Numbered from the stretch's first letter, positions 53,413-62,772 are shown. The stretch: DNA of 64,000 bases from Candidatus Bathyarchaeota archaeon (GCA_963717465.1 OY970340.1:384001-448000), one strand, 5' to 3'. Numbers and translations are program-made. Notes: generated by a model not told the origin, from the sequence alone.

Positions 53413-54474
53413 TCACATCGGATGGAAACCAGTGCTCTTTAAGCCTGTGGTTTCATCTATACCCAATAGTATGTTTAGGCATTGAACTCCTTGACCAGAG
53501 GCGCCTTTTACCATGTTGTCTAATGCCGAGAACAGTAATAGACGGTTTGCATGTTCATCTATCTCAAACCCTATGTCACAATAGTTTGTGCCAACAGTTA
53601 CTTTGGGGTCAGGTAGCTGGCATGGTCCTTTCTGATACTTAACAAAGCGTATAAACGGTTCTTCCACGTATGTGCTGCGAAATGCCTTCCAAACGTCCTT
53701 GTTGGCTATGGCTTGTTTAGGGAAAGTGTGGATTGTCGCCAAGATTCCGCGAATCATATTCACTGCATGAGGCGCAAAGGAGATTTTTACTGGTTCATTC
53801 GTTAAAAGCCCAAGTTCCTGCTCAACCTCAGCGATGTGACGATGCCGCGCAATCATGTATGGTCTAACTCCGCTGGCGCGTTCAGGATGATGCGAAGAAG
53901 CTGATGGCTTGCTACCGCCGCCTGAAGAACCAACCTTCAAATCCACAACAATCTTGTCTTTCTCGATTAATCCAGCTTTAACCACTGGCGCCAAGCCTAA
54001 AATGGCGGAGGTTGCCATGCAGCCTGGGCAGGCTATCAGCTTAGCCTTTTTAATTTCTTCACGGTGAAACTCAGGTAACCCGTAAACGGCTTCTTTGAGC
54101 ATTTCGGCATGAGCATGTTTCCAACCGTACCACTTGTCGTAATCAGCAGAGTTCTTTAATCGAAAATCTGCGCTCATATCAATAACTTTTAAACCTGCAG
54201 CCAAAAGCTTAGGCACAAGGTTCACTGAGCCGCCATGAGGGGTTGCAGTGAAAACTAAGTCGCAGTTTTTTTGCAGTTCAGCATTGTCTTGAGGAACAAA
54301 TTTTAACTGTGTGAGTCCGCGCAGGTTTGGATGCATATTAAAGACGTATTCGCCTACGCTTTGGCGTGAAGTAACCATGGTCACTTCTACTTGCGGGTGA
54401 AGGAGCAGTATGCGTAGGAGTTCTCCTCCGACGTATCCTGAACCGCCGATTATGCCGATTCTCAACATTTTCAT
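53413..54474 (-). CDS. lysY: [LysW]-phosphate reductase (ArgC family)
   Basis: GGSGYVGGE, SADFRL, PGC, GSSGGG, HRH, DNMVKGASGQ. Confidence 0.92.
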   Translation of the reverse strand: MKMLRIGIIGGSGYVGGELLRILLLHPQVEVTMVTSRQSVGEYVFNMHPNLRGLTQLKFVPQDNAELQKNCDLVFTATPHGGSVNLVPKLLAAGLKVIDMSADFRLKNSADYDKWYGWKHAHAEMLKEAVYGLPEFHREEIKKAKLIACPGCMATSAILGLAPVVKAGLIEKDKIVVDLKVGSSGGGSKPSASSHHPERASGVRPYMIARHRHIAEVEQELGLLTNEPVKISFAPHAVNMIRGILATIHTFPKQAIANKDVWKAFRSTYVEEPFIRFVKYQKGPCQLPDPKVTVGTNYCDIGFEIDEHANRLLLFSALDNMVKGASGQGVQCLNILLGIDETTGLKSTGFHPM

Positions 54475-54487
54475 TTTGCCTCGTAAT

Positions 54488-55672
54488 TTATTTATCGATA
54501 AGGCTCTGAGCACCTTTCAGCAGTGGTATAGCCACGTTAAGTCCTGTCGAAAGACGAGTGTTTTCCCAGAATTCTGGGCAAGAGTTCGCTTCATGAAACA
54601 CTAATTCTTTTTTATTTTTCTGTATGCTTTCTTCAATTATATTTTTTATGTTCTCATATGGCTTGCTAACCTTGTAATTGTTAAAAGCCTCTTCAAGCTT
54701 AGCATTCCAAGCAGGGAAATTTGTTAGGCGAGTTTCGTCCTGTTTGATTTTTTGAAACGCCGCAAAAGCCTGCGACGCCTTGTCAAGCTCACTTTTCAGG
54801 TAATCATCGGTTGCATTCTTGTTTTCTTTCACGTTAATCATAGCATCCAAGGCGAAAATCCATGCTTGATTGCCTTTTCCAAGAGTGTTGCCGCATTTCA
54901 CGGCTAACGCTTGAATGCTGGAGGGCAGTTTAGCGTCGAATATTAAGTTGCCGAGGAAAGTGTTAGTTCTAAAATCTTTTAGGCCGCCTCTTGCCATCGC
55001 CGATGGGTGGCATACAGCTTGTTTTCCTTTTTCTTTAAATACCAAGATTCTTAAATCATAAAACCATTTTTGAACCTGCTCCTGCGCGACAACACCGATG
55101 GGATTAATTATTGAAGGCTTAGTTTCCGCAATGTTCGAAAGTAGTTCTTCGCGGTTTTGGGAAAGCATGATCATTTTGCCATGGGTTCCCGCGTCTGCTT
55201 TAATTACAATCCCTTTTTCTATTGGCAGTTCTTCTTGGAACAGGTCAGCGATGTCTTTTTCATTCCGGATTTCTTTCCCATTTTTCAATGCATCTGACGC
55301 GTCGCAGGGTACAAAAATGGTTTGTGGAATTGGTAATCCTGCTTTCCAAAGGCAGAGCAGAGTGCGAAGTTTACTGTAGCACAAGAATTCTACTGATGAT
55401 GAATTCAAGGTTTTTTTGCCTAGCATTTCCATGCAGTATGATGCTTGGAGACGACGATTCTTGCTCTGTGCACGATTTAGTACAACGGCGGTTTCATTAA
55501 TAGTCGGCTTGTAGTCTTTTCCTTTTGTTTTAGCGTTGAAACCATTTTTAGAAATTGACAGGGCGATTTTTCTGAAAGGAATAAAAGTAAGCGGTATTCC
55601 AAGTTCTTCAGCGGTTTTTTTAATGCCGTTTTCATCGTTTTCAGAGCGTTCATAAAGAAGGGCTATGCTCAT
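54488..55672 (-). CDS. Divergent RimK/LysX/ArgX-type ATP-grasp ligase (LysW ligase)
   Basis: Sits between lysW and lysY; LNR, K...L, QEQV, DLR, FRTN, ALD, HEAN..PEF motifs; about 110 aa longer than typical LysX. Confidence 0.75.
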   Translation of the reverse strand: MSIALLYERSENDENGIKKTAEELGIPLTFIPFRKIALSISKNGFNAKTKGKDYKPTINETAVVLNRAQSKNRRLQASYCMEMLGKKTLNSSSVEFLCYSKLRTLLCLWKAGLPIPQTIFVPCDASDALKNGKEIRNEKDIADLFQEELPIEKGIVIKADAGTHGKMIMLSQNREELLSNIAETKPSIINPIGVVAQEQVQKWFYDLRILVFKEKGKQAVCHPSAMARGGLKDFRTNTFLGNLIFDAKLPSSIQALAVKCGNTLGKGNQAWIFALDAMINVKENKNATDDYLKSELDKASQAFAAFQKIKQDETRLTNFPAWNAKLEEAFNNYKVSKPYENIKNIIEESIQKNKKELVFHEANSCPEFWENTRLSTGLNVAIPLLKGAQSLIDK

Positions 55673-55766
55673 CGCTTTTCTGCTTCCACAAGAAATTTAA
55701 TAACTAAAAAAATCAAAAAACTCAAAAAACTGATTAATCTTGGGGTGGTTAGATAGATAATACTGT

Positions 55767-55985
55767 TTATTCGCCCCAGTCTTCCCCTTCAATCGTTAAT
55801 TCTTGAAGGTCTACGCATCCGCCTTGTATTTGTTTGACTTCGAGTTCTAATCCGCAACCAGGGCAACTTACGATCTCTCCCTTCTCTATGTCGGATGGTA
55901 CATCAAGTTCTGCGTCACAATCGGGGCATTTTGCTTTATTTATTCCTTTCACCTCTTTAGAATTTGAATTAACTGGTTTAATCAT
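55767..55985 (-). CDS. lysW: Amino-group carrier protein LysW
   Basis: CPDC and CPGC zinc ribbon, acidic, C-terminal EDWGE. Confidence 0.96.
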   Translation of the reverse strand: MIKPVNSNSKEVKGINKAKCPDCDAELDVPSDIEKGEIVSCPGCGLELEVKQIQGGCVDLQELTIEGEDWGE

Positions 55986-56036
55986 TTCATTCTTCACTTT
56001 TTTATTGGAAATGCTCTTTCAATAAATGTGGCTAAC

Positions 56037-56094
56037 TTTTAAACGTTGTGACTTATTTATGACAAGTTAGACACTAAGTGTACCATTTGAAACA
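56037..56094. promoter_or_regulatory. TATA plus two-box element upstream of lysW, copy 2
   Basis: 42/58 nt identical, ungapped, to 44236-44293. Confidence 0.8.
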
Positions 56095-56194
56095 AAAAGC
56101 CATGGTCCCAAGGAGCAGGCAAGCCCTTATTGTAGGCAATAAAAATTAAACATGAGCAAGTTCCAAAACTAAAAATAGCTTCTTTTCTGATAAA

Positions 56195-56401
56195 TTAAAC
56201 AGGAAGTTTATCACTTTGCTGAACGTTAACCCGCCTAATTCTTCTAAAATCCCATACAGCACCCACTAAAACAACAGAACAGACAATAAAAACAGCAGCC
56301 AGAGTAATCCAGGAAAGGCTCGTTCGAACTACAGATGCGCCAGGGATAAAATAAGCGACATACTCCGGGTCATGCTCAATCGAATTTCCACTCAACGCCA
56401 A
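56195..56401 (-). CDS. Small membrane protein or fragment
   Basis: One TM helix with a basic tail; 5' part probably frameshifted. Confidence 0.35.
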   Translation of the reverse strand: MALSGNSIEHDPEYVAYFIPGASVVRTSLSWITLAAVFIVCSVVLVGAVWDFRRIRRVNVQQSDKLPV

Positions 56402-56527
56402 TCAATATGGCTATGAGCAAAATAGCAAACCTTTTGCGTTAACCGACTCATTAATTTTTCAACACATCCCAAAATTGGGATCTAGCACTATTAAAATATT
56501 GCAATTGAAATAATTTGGATAGTTGGC

Positions 56528-56579
56528 ACATTCCTCATAAACCAGGGTTTCAAGCGTTTGCATGTTGTTCAGTAAAATT
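56528..56579. repeat. Intergenic repeat copy A (upstream of the surface-protein gene)
   Basis: First 37 nt match 58900-58936 at 32 positions. Confidence 0.75.
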
Positions 56580-56733
56580 CATTTGTCGATCATGTACGCG
56601 TTTTATCGAAAATCGCTTTAAGTCATTGAATATAATACAGAAATAATACTTAAATAAAGGATAATCATAAAGTTAGCCGAACATATTCTAAGTAAACAAA
56701 TCGCATACCCCTTCTAAAAAGTTCAATCAATAA

Positions 56734-58788
56734 GTGAAAAGCATGCCAAAAAAGACTATAATCGCAATGCGAACAGTGATAGTATTCCTAATCTTGGTTT
56801 TGTTTCTTGGTTGTTTTTCTCCTGTATTACGCATTGCCGGCGGAGAAACGACTTATCAATCGATGCAGGCAACTGGTTCTGCCTCAGCAATTGCTTCTTT
56901 AGAGAACATTATAGAGGCAAATGGTGGTTGGAATAGTAGCCTGCAAACGATTTATGATGGAATCGTTTTGGGCAAAACTACGATAGTTCAACTTCAAAAT
57001 GCTGTTGACGCTATCAATATTACGTCCACATCTGCGGCTGAAAACGTATTTTACTGGTATTTTGAAATGAGCAAATTGGGTGTAGTGATTAATGCAACCA
57101 CGATTGAGGCAGCATTAAATGAAGTTGAAATGTTGCCTAACATAGGCTTACCTGATGATTACGACAACACGAATACAGGATCCAACATTGCATCTTTTCT
57201 CCTCTACAACAGATACGATTTATACGCTTACCAATGGGCTGATCAACTGAGTTATGAAACCTCTAAATGGAACTTATCTGCTGCTTATTCAGCGTTCAAT
57301 AACGGTGTGGCTGAATACGGCAAACCAGTTCTATGCATAGGGTCCAACGGAAATGGTTGGGGAATAAGTTACGGACCAAGATATTATGATGAATGCGGAG
57401 AAACGATTGATATGTACTTGACCTTCTGGCTGCTGGGTGTACCCGGAGCTCTGGTTCAAGCTGAGTACTGGTGGAACTGGACTAACGTTAACCTTTGGGA
57501 TACAACATACTCGGGCGGAGACTTTTACAAATATGCATACAACTGGGTCGCTTTTGAGTGTGAAGCAGGTGGATTTGACCAGATTATTTCCAAGCTTAAC
57601 TATTATGATCCAACAATATCAAATACAAGCAACTTGTTTACGGATCTGGAAACAAGACTATTGAGCCAAGGCTGGAGTAGCCCAGGCTGGCTTAATTATG
57701 TTGCAGTTCACGCCACTGGAGTTGATGGTGGTGGCGGTAACTCGCAAGAGAGGCTTGAGAACACCATCATGTACTGGGCTTCGCTTCTTGGATTTTACGA
57801 TAACATGACAAGCACTATGCAGAGTCAAGTGCAAGATTTATTGGAGGGTACTGCTGGTGCGGCTCCAGCTTGGAGCCTACTTTTGCAAAGCGACTTGTAC
57901 GATAAATCAACAGGTATGTTCAAGATTCATTCTGATTCCGCCGATTGTGTTGAGGCAACCGCTGACGCTGCCGTGTTAATTATGCTGTTATCTACTGTTC
58001 CAGTTAATGGGGCAATAGCTGTGCCCATGGAAGATTCTTGCTATGAGGATATCAACAACGTAATTGATGGTAGCATCAGCAGCATAAACCTCACCAGCAG
58101 ATCAATGATTGTAAGCGTGGCTTCGCAGGGCACTTTCTTGTCAATGTTTGGAACCAACATTTTCGAGTATGATTTGAATAGTTCGGGAGTGTGGCGCTTA
58201 GATTTCGCTAGTGACTGGAACAGCTTAACAGAGGAAACTCTTGTCTCTTTGCTGCCTACATCTCGAATATACCTTGGAACCGTAAACCAATCAAATGAAG
58301 AACCGGTTTACGCTGATAGTGACAATGGCAGCACGATTACGCCTTCAGGGGTAGTAGATGTCAATTACGGTGGTAATCAAACATTCAATTATGCCGCTGA
58401 AAGTGGCTATAAAATTGACCAAGTGCATGTTGACAATGCTCTAGTGCAGATTACGGGAACATACACTTTCACTAATGTTGAGGGACCTCATAACATATCA
58501 GTTACAAGCTCTCAAACATCTACCGTATCGCCAACACAAAATCCAACATCACCATCGCCAAATCCAACCTCATCGACACCAAGTCCATCGTCTCCTTCGC
58601 AATCATCAAATTCAACTTCAAGTTCTTCAACACCAACAACTAAATTCTTACTGTTCGGTTCCAAGTTGATCTTGCTTCGCTTAGCCCTTATTTTTGGTGT
58701 TTCAATACTTTTAGCTGTTTTACTATCACTGCATTACATTAAAAAAAGGACTAATCGAGCATTCCAAGTATCTGTGGCTTTAAGATAG
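56734..58788 (+). CDS. Secreted, C-terminally anchored surface protein
   Basis: Signal-peptide-like N-terminus, Trp/Tyr-rich core, beta-repeat (ITPSG..V.YG..QTF), S/T/P linker, TM helix plus basic tail. Confidence 0.85.
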   Translation: MKSMPKKTIIAMRTVIVFLILVLFLGCFSPVLRIAGGETTYQSMQATGSASAIASLENIIEANGGWNSSLQTIYDGIVLGKTTIVQLQNAVDAINITSTSAAENVFYWYFEMSKLGVVINATTIEAALNEVEMLPNIGLPDDYDNTNTGSNIASFLLYNRYDLYAYQWADQLSYETSKWNLSAAYSAFNNGVAEYGKPVLCIGSNGNGWGISYGPRYYDECGETIDMYLTFWLLGVPGALVQAEYWWNWTNVNLWDTTYSGGDFYKYAYNWVAFECEAGGFDQIISKLNYYDPTISNTSNLFTDLETRLLSQGWSSPGWLNYVAVHATGVDGGGGNSQERLENTIMYWASLLGFYDNMTSTMQSQVQDLLEGTAGAAPAWSLLLQSDLYDKSTGMFKIHSDSADCVEATADAAVLIMLLSTVPVNGAIAVPMEDSCYEDINNVIDGSISSINLTSRSMIVSVASQGTFLSMFGTNIFEYDLNSSGVWRLDFASDWNSLTEETLVSLLPTSRIYLGTVNQSNEEPVYADSDNGSTITPSGVVDVNYGGNQTFNYAAESGYKIDQVHVDNALVQITGTYTFTNVEGPHNISVTSSQTSTVSPTQNPTSPSPNPTSSTPSPSSPSQSSNSTSSSSTPTTKFLLFGSKLILLRLALIFGVSILLAVLLSLHYIKKRTNRAFQVSVALR

Positions 58789-58899
58789 AAAACTTCAAGA
58801 TATAAAAAAGATAAGAAAACTTAAGCGCGCATTAAGTTTAAAACTGAGCATAACGGGTTATTTGTTGGTATAGTAGGAACCTATTGAATATCAAGAAAA

Positions 58900-58950
58900 A
58901 CATTTCTTATAAACAAAGGTTTCAAGCGTTTGTATGCGCTTACTAAAATT
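58900..58950. repeat. Intergenic repeat copy B (upstream of the TrmB gene)
   Basis: Shares core GGTTTCAAGCGTTTG and flanks with copy A. Confidence 0.75.
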
Positions 58951-59061
58951 TTCTTTGTTTTTTGTTTTAATTCGCAAAGACTTTAAAAAACAGTATATAA
59001 AGCACAATGGGCACTTCTAAGTCATACAATATGCACGTCTAATTGAAAGTGGGCAAGCGTC

Positions 59062-59844
59062 GTGATAAGTGAGAGTAGCAACAGCGAAACTATATCCGTG
59101 TTGACAGACCTTGGTTTGAGTGTTTTACAATCAAAAATATATCTTATTCTCTTAACGCAAGAATCAGTATCTGCAAAAGTTGTCTCCAGTATTTCTAAAG
59201 TTTCAAGGCCGGATGTTTATCGAATAATTACACAGCTTGAAGAGCTAAGGCTCATTGAAAGAATTGTAGGCAGGCCTGCCCATTATCAGGCAGTACCAAT
59301 AGAGATGTGCACGTCAATCCTTATGCAAAACCAAGTAAAAAAACTTTCAGAAATCAAAAATAGAATTCCACAACTCATTCATACTCTAAATAAATCAAAA
59401 AATAAAGAACAAATGGAACCAAAAGGGCAAATTATAGTTATAAATAAAGAATCATTTTATAAGCGAAGCATAAATATGATTAATAATGCCAAGGAAAGTA
59501 TTTTTCTTGTACTTCCGATTGACACAGCAATTTGTCCCACTGCACCTTTCGAAAAAGGAATAGATGCAGCGTTATCAAGAAATGTTGATTGCAGAATGAT
59601 AAGCGATAGTAAAAAAGAAAGTTTAAGAAAGCACATTTTTATGCGCACACTTAATCATAACTTTCAGGTTAGATTTGTTAAAAACAAGCTAAAAACTGCA
59701 TTAAGTATATTTGATGGAAAAGAGGTCATGATCATCATTAAATCATTGAATGCCGAGAATTTTACAGCAATTTGGTCTAATAATGAAAATCTTATCGATT
59801 TAAGTCAGGTCTACTTTAACAGCCTTTGGAAAAAATGGCACTAG
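59062..59844 (+). CDS. TrmB family transcriptional regulator
   Basis: LGLS..QSKIY..LL, RPDVYRII..LEE..LIE, RPAHYQAVP; C-terminal IFDGKEV...W domain. Confidence 0.88.
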   Translation: MISESSNSETISVLTDLGLSVLQSKIYLILLTQESVSAKVVSSISKVSRPDVYRIITQLEELRLIERIVGRPAHYQAVPIEMCTSILMQNQVKKLSEIKNRIPQLIHTLNKSKNKEQMEPKGQIIVINKESFYKRSINMINNAKESIFLVLPIDTAICPTAPFEKGIDAALSRNVDCRMISDSKKESLRKHIFMRTLNHNFQVRFVKNKLKTALSIFDGKEVMIIIKSLNAENFTAIWSNNENLIDLSQVYFNSLWKKWH

Positions 59845-60069
59845 AACTTTTATTAGCCTGCCGCGTTGTTCCTAAATCACTGTTGAAGTACTTTCAGTGG
59901 CACGCACCGGTTAATGGAAACAAGCAGCGAACCATTGAAAAAGAACACTATTTTTAGGATTTGTAAGTGGAGAGAGGCACTTACATAATTATAATAAAGG
60001 CTATCTAGGTATCAAGTCGTTTAATTATCAAATCGCTAAATGTTGTTGGTGGGAGAAAGGTGAACTATA

Positions 60070-60150
60070 ATGGTTGTTAAAGGATATGTCAAATATGAAA
60101 CAGAATTAGCATTTAAAGAATCCATTTCTATGGAGGAGTTGAACTTCTAA
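60070..60150 (+). pseudogene. 26-aa relic resembling the N-terminus of the 60741 ester-cyclase gene
   Basis: MVVKGYVKYETELA versus MVVKGYADRETELE; both preceded by AGGTGAA; TAA overlaps the next ATG. Confidence 0.55.
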
Positions 60151-60689
60151 TGGCTAAGATGAAACCCGAAGAACGAATTGCCTTGCATCGCCGGATGGCC
60201 GAAAGCTACGGTGACTCTTACAAGAAAAAAGCAGTAGAAGAAGGCGCGAAATATGAAGCATGGAATTTCGCAGACGATGCGGTGTACTTCTCGCCTTATT
60301 TCACGGGCGGCGTGCTTAGTGCGCTGCGCGACTTTACTGAGGACCGCTCTGTTGATGTATCGGTCTTTGCTACAATGGAAGCGAGGGCGTATACAGACGT
60401 GTTTCCTGACTGGGGACCTGTAGAATTCAAGTATTGGGCGGCTGAAAATGGCTTCGTAATGAAAACCTTGTTCGTAGGGCACACGAAAGAAGGCAAAAAG
60501 TATAGCTTTTACGCATATGGGTTTGTTGAGACAAACGAAGAAGGGAAGATCAATCGTTGGGAAACGCATGTCAATGGTGAAGAGATTGGTCCCTTCCTGG
60601 AACTTGCCATAGGTAGGCGTGGCCCATTCATGGGTTTCACTGCGTACTTTCAAGCGCTCACGGATGCAGGTCAGAAACCTGAAATTTAA
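60150..60689 (+). CDS. Hypothetical protein, probably NTF2/SnoaL-like fold
   Basis: FADDAVY, GFV.TNEEGKI.RW pattern; GGAGG SD. Confidence 0.7.
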   Translation: MAKMKPEERIALHRRMAESYGDSYKKKAVEEGAKYEAWNFADDAVYFSPYFTGGVLSALRDFTEDRSVDVSVFATMEARAYTDVFPDWGPVEFKYWAAENGFVMKTLFVGHTKEGKKYSFYAYGFVETNEEGKINRWETHVNGEEIGPFLELAIGRRGPFMGFTAYFQALTDAGQKPEI

Positions 60690-60740
60690 CGGGCGACGTG
60701 AAGGCGAAGACTGTTCATACTGTTGATTTGAGGGAGGTGA

Positions 60741-61286
60741 ATGGAAATGGTTGTAAAAGGATATGCTGACCGCGAGACAGAATTAGAATCAAACATTAAA
60801 GCAATGATTATACGTGGTTTTCATGAATGGAACAAGGGTTACGAGAACTGGATGGAGTGGTGTAAAGTATTATACGAACCCGACGCAAAATACCACATCC
60901 TCACACCTGATGTGCTAACTCTAGAACAATACCAAGCCTCTATGAAGCTGTTCTGGGATGCGTTTGATTGCAAACTCGGCGACCTAAAAGATATCATTTG
61001 CGAAGGAAATATCGCAGCAATACGCTACACGCAGTACCTTTATCACAAAGCCCCTTTCATGGGTATCCCCGCTACGAACAAGACGATAGAGATGGAGACT
61101 ATGGAAATCTGTCACTTCAGTGACCGTGCTCGGCTCCAAGAAGGCTTTGCACTAGGCGACACGATGGCATTACTGCAGCAACTCGGTGTCTTACCCGAAG
61201 GCAGAATTGAAGGAGAAATCAAGAAGAACGTTGATGAAATCAAGAAAGAAAGTGAAGCCAAAAAAGAAGTCGCGCAATCGGTATAA
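60741..61286 (+). CDS. Ester cyclase / SnoaL-like protein
   Basis: HKAPFMGIPATNK, D..ALLQQLG motifs. Confidence 0.85.
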   Translation: MEMVVKGYADRETELESNIKAMIIRGFHEWNKGYENWMEWCKVLYEPDAKYHILTPDVLTLEQYQASMKLFWDAFDCKLGDLKDIICEGNIAAIRYTQYLYHKAPFMGIPATNKTIEMETMEICHFSDRARLQEGFALGDTMALLQQLGVLPEGRIEGEIKKNVDEIKKESEAKKEVAQSV

Positions 61287-61394
61287 AGCTCGTTTAGCAA
61301 GTAAACCTATCGTCCAAGAACAAATCTCTTCTTTTTTCGTTAATTGCTACTAAAAAGATAAAAGGGAATAAAGCCCCTTCTGGTTAGCTTCGTT

Positions 61395-61796
61395 TTAGGC
61401 AAGTTTTTTACTGTCTTGTCCGGGTGAAGCTGCAAAAACTTCATCCACTTTTATTATGCCGACACTCTTTACTTTTAGTTTCATTGCTTGCATTACTTTC
61501 TGTGCGAAACCGTCATAGACTGGACCTGATGTCTGAAAACCAGCAAACGTTCCCTTTAATTGAAAGCCAGCCATTGGCCCTTTGAATACGGCAATTGCTA
61601 CCTTTTTGTTTTTAGTAAGGTTTTCCTTTGTCCTTTTTATGAAAATTTCCGCGAAAGCAATAGTTTCTGGGTCTACAGCAGTTATGCTCCAAACAGGAAC
61701 GACATTTGGAACACAGTTCTCGTCGACGGTTGCAATCATTTTAGCTGAGTCTTGCGCAGCAAGAGTATCCATTACGTCTTTTGGGATTTTAACCAA
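61395..61796 (-). CDS. Pyridoxamine 5'-phosphate oxidase-like FMN-binding protein
   Basis: ATVD...PNVVP, T.ENL..N.KVAI, GFQLKG. Confidence 0.85.
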   Translation of the reverse strand: MVKIPKDVMDTLAAQDSAKMIATVDENCVPNVVPVWSITAVDPETIAFAEIFIKRTKENLTKNKKVAIAVFKGPMAGFQLKGTFAGFQTSGPVYDGFAQKVMQAMKLKVKSVGIIKVDEVFAASPGQDSKKLA

Positions 61797-61846
61797 TTTT
61801 TAATCCTCCAACAAAACTAAACCTCTATCAAAAACCTAATATACTT

Positions 61847-61869
61847 TTAGGTAAATTAAATATACCAAA
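61847..61869. promoter_or_regulatory. Imperfect palindrome TTAGGTAAATTAAATATACCAAA, candidate operator
   Basis: 18/23 self-symmetric; lies between the divergent flavoprotein and regulator genes. Confidence 0.4.
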
Positions 61870-61889
61870 CTCTTACGAGCGATATATAG

Positions 61890-62659
61890 ATGACCATCAC
61901 CGATGACAAAACAAGCCCAGAATCGCTACTTAATTTACTGAACAGCCTAAGACTCGAGATAAAGAACCTAAGAACCGAAATAAACCATGTAGAAGAAACA
62001 TTAGTAAGAGAACGTCTCCGTCACATAGAGGATACTCTCTCTCAAAAACATCTTTCAGTTTATGTCAGCCAGAGATCCGAAAAGTTAAATGAAGACATTA
62101 ACTCATTGCTGAACTCAAGTTGCAAAAACAAACAGGAATGCCTATCGCACTACATAGAAACTATCGAGAATAATTCTAAAATTATTAAAGAATCAGGCAC
62201 GCAAAAAGCACTCTCTGACTTAGATGCCCAAATAGCTGAAACCGAATTAATGGTTGAAAAAACAAAAGGCAAAGCCTGTGAGGCATGCTTTTCAAATTTT
62301 AATAAGAGATTAAAAAACGCGAAAAAAGGGCCTATCAGGAAATCGTCTTAGTAGAAGATGTTTCAAAACCAAAACCAAACACAGTTCTAAATATTCCTTT
62401 TCTAGTCGATTCCTTGTTTGAGCCATTATCCAACGCTACCCGACTTAAAATCTTGGCCACAATTTACGAAGGAAAAAAGAGTTTTTCTGAACTTTCAAAA
62501 ATAGTCGACCTTAAAGCAGGCCACCTTGTATTTCACCTAAAAAAACTCGTAAATGCAAAACTAATAACTCAAGAAGCCTCAAAAGGAGACTACATAATCA
62601 CCAAGAAAGGCTTCACGCTTGTCAAGAAACTGCTTTCCTTACAAACTGAAAGCCAATGA
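61890..62659 (+). CDS. ArsR-type winged-HTH regulator with Cys-containing N-terminal domain (frameshift near 62320)
   Basis: C-terminal EPLSNATRLKIL...SFSELS...GHLVFHLKKL; N-terminal C..C and CEAC. Confidence 0.8.
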
Positions 62660-62772
62660 ATTTGCAGAGTTTAATGCAACTTCTAATTGCCAATTAGTCG
62701 ATTATGGCTTAAGCGTTGCTTTTCTAGAAATAGTTAAATTTTAACGCTAACAACTGTCAATCGGGGAAACAG

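Noticed and set aside
58500..58640. Low-complexity repetitive DNA
   Set aside because: It encodes the Ser/Thr/Pro linker of the surface protein and is not a CRISPR or satellite array.
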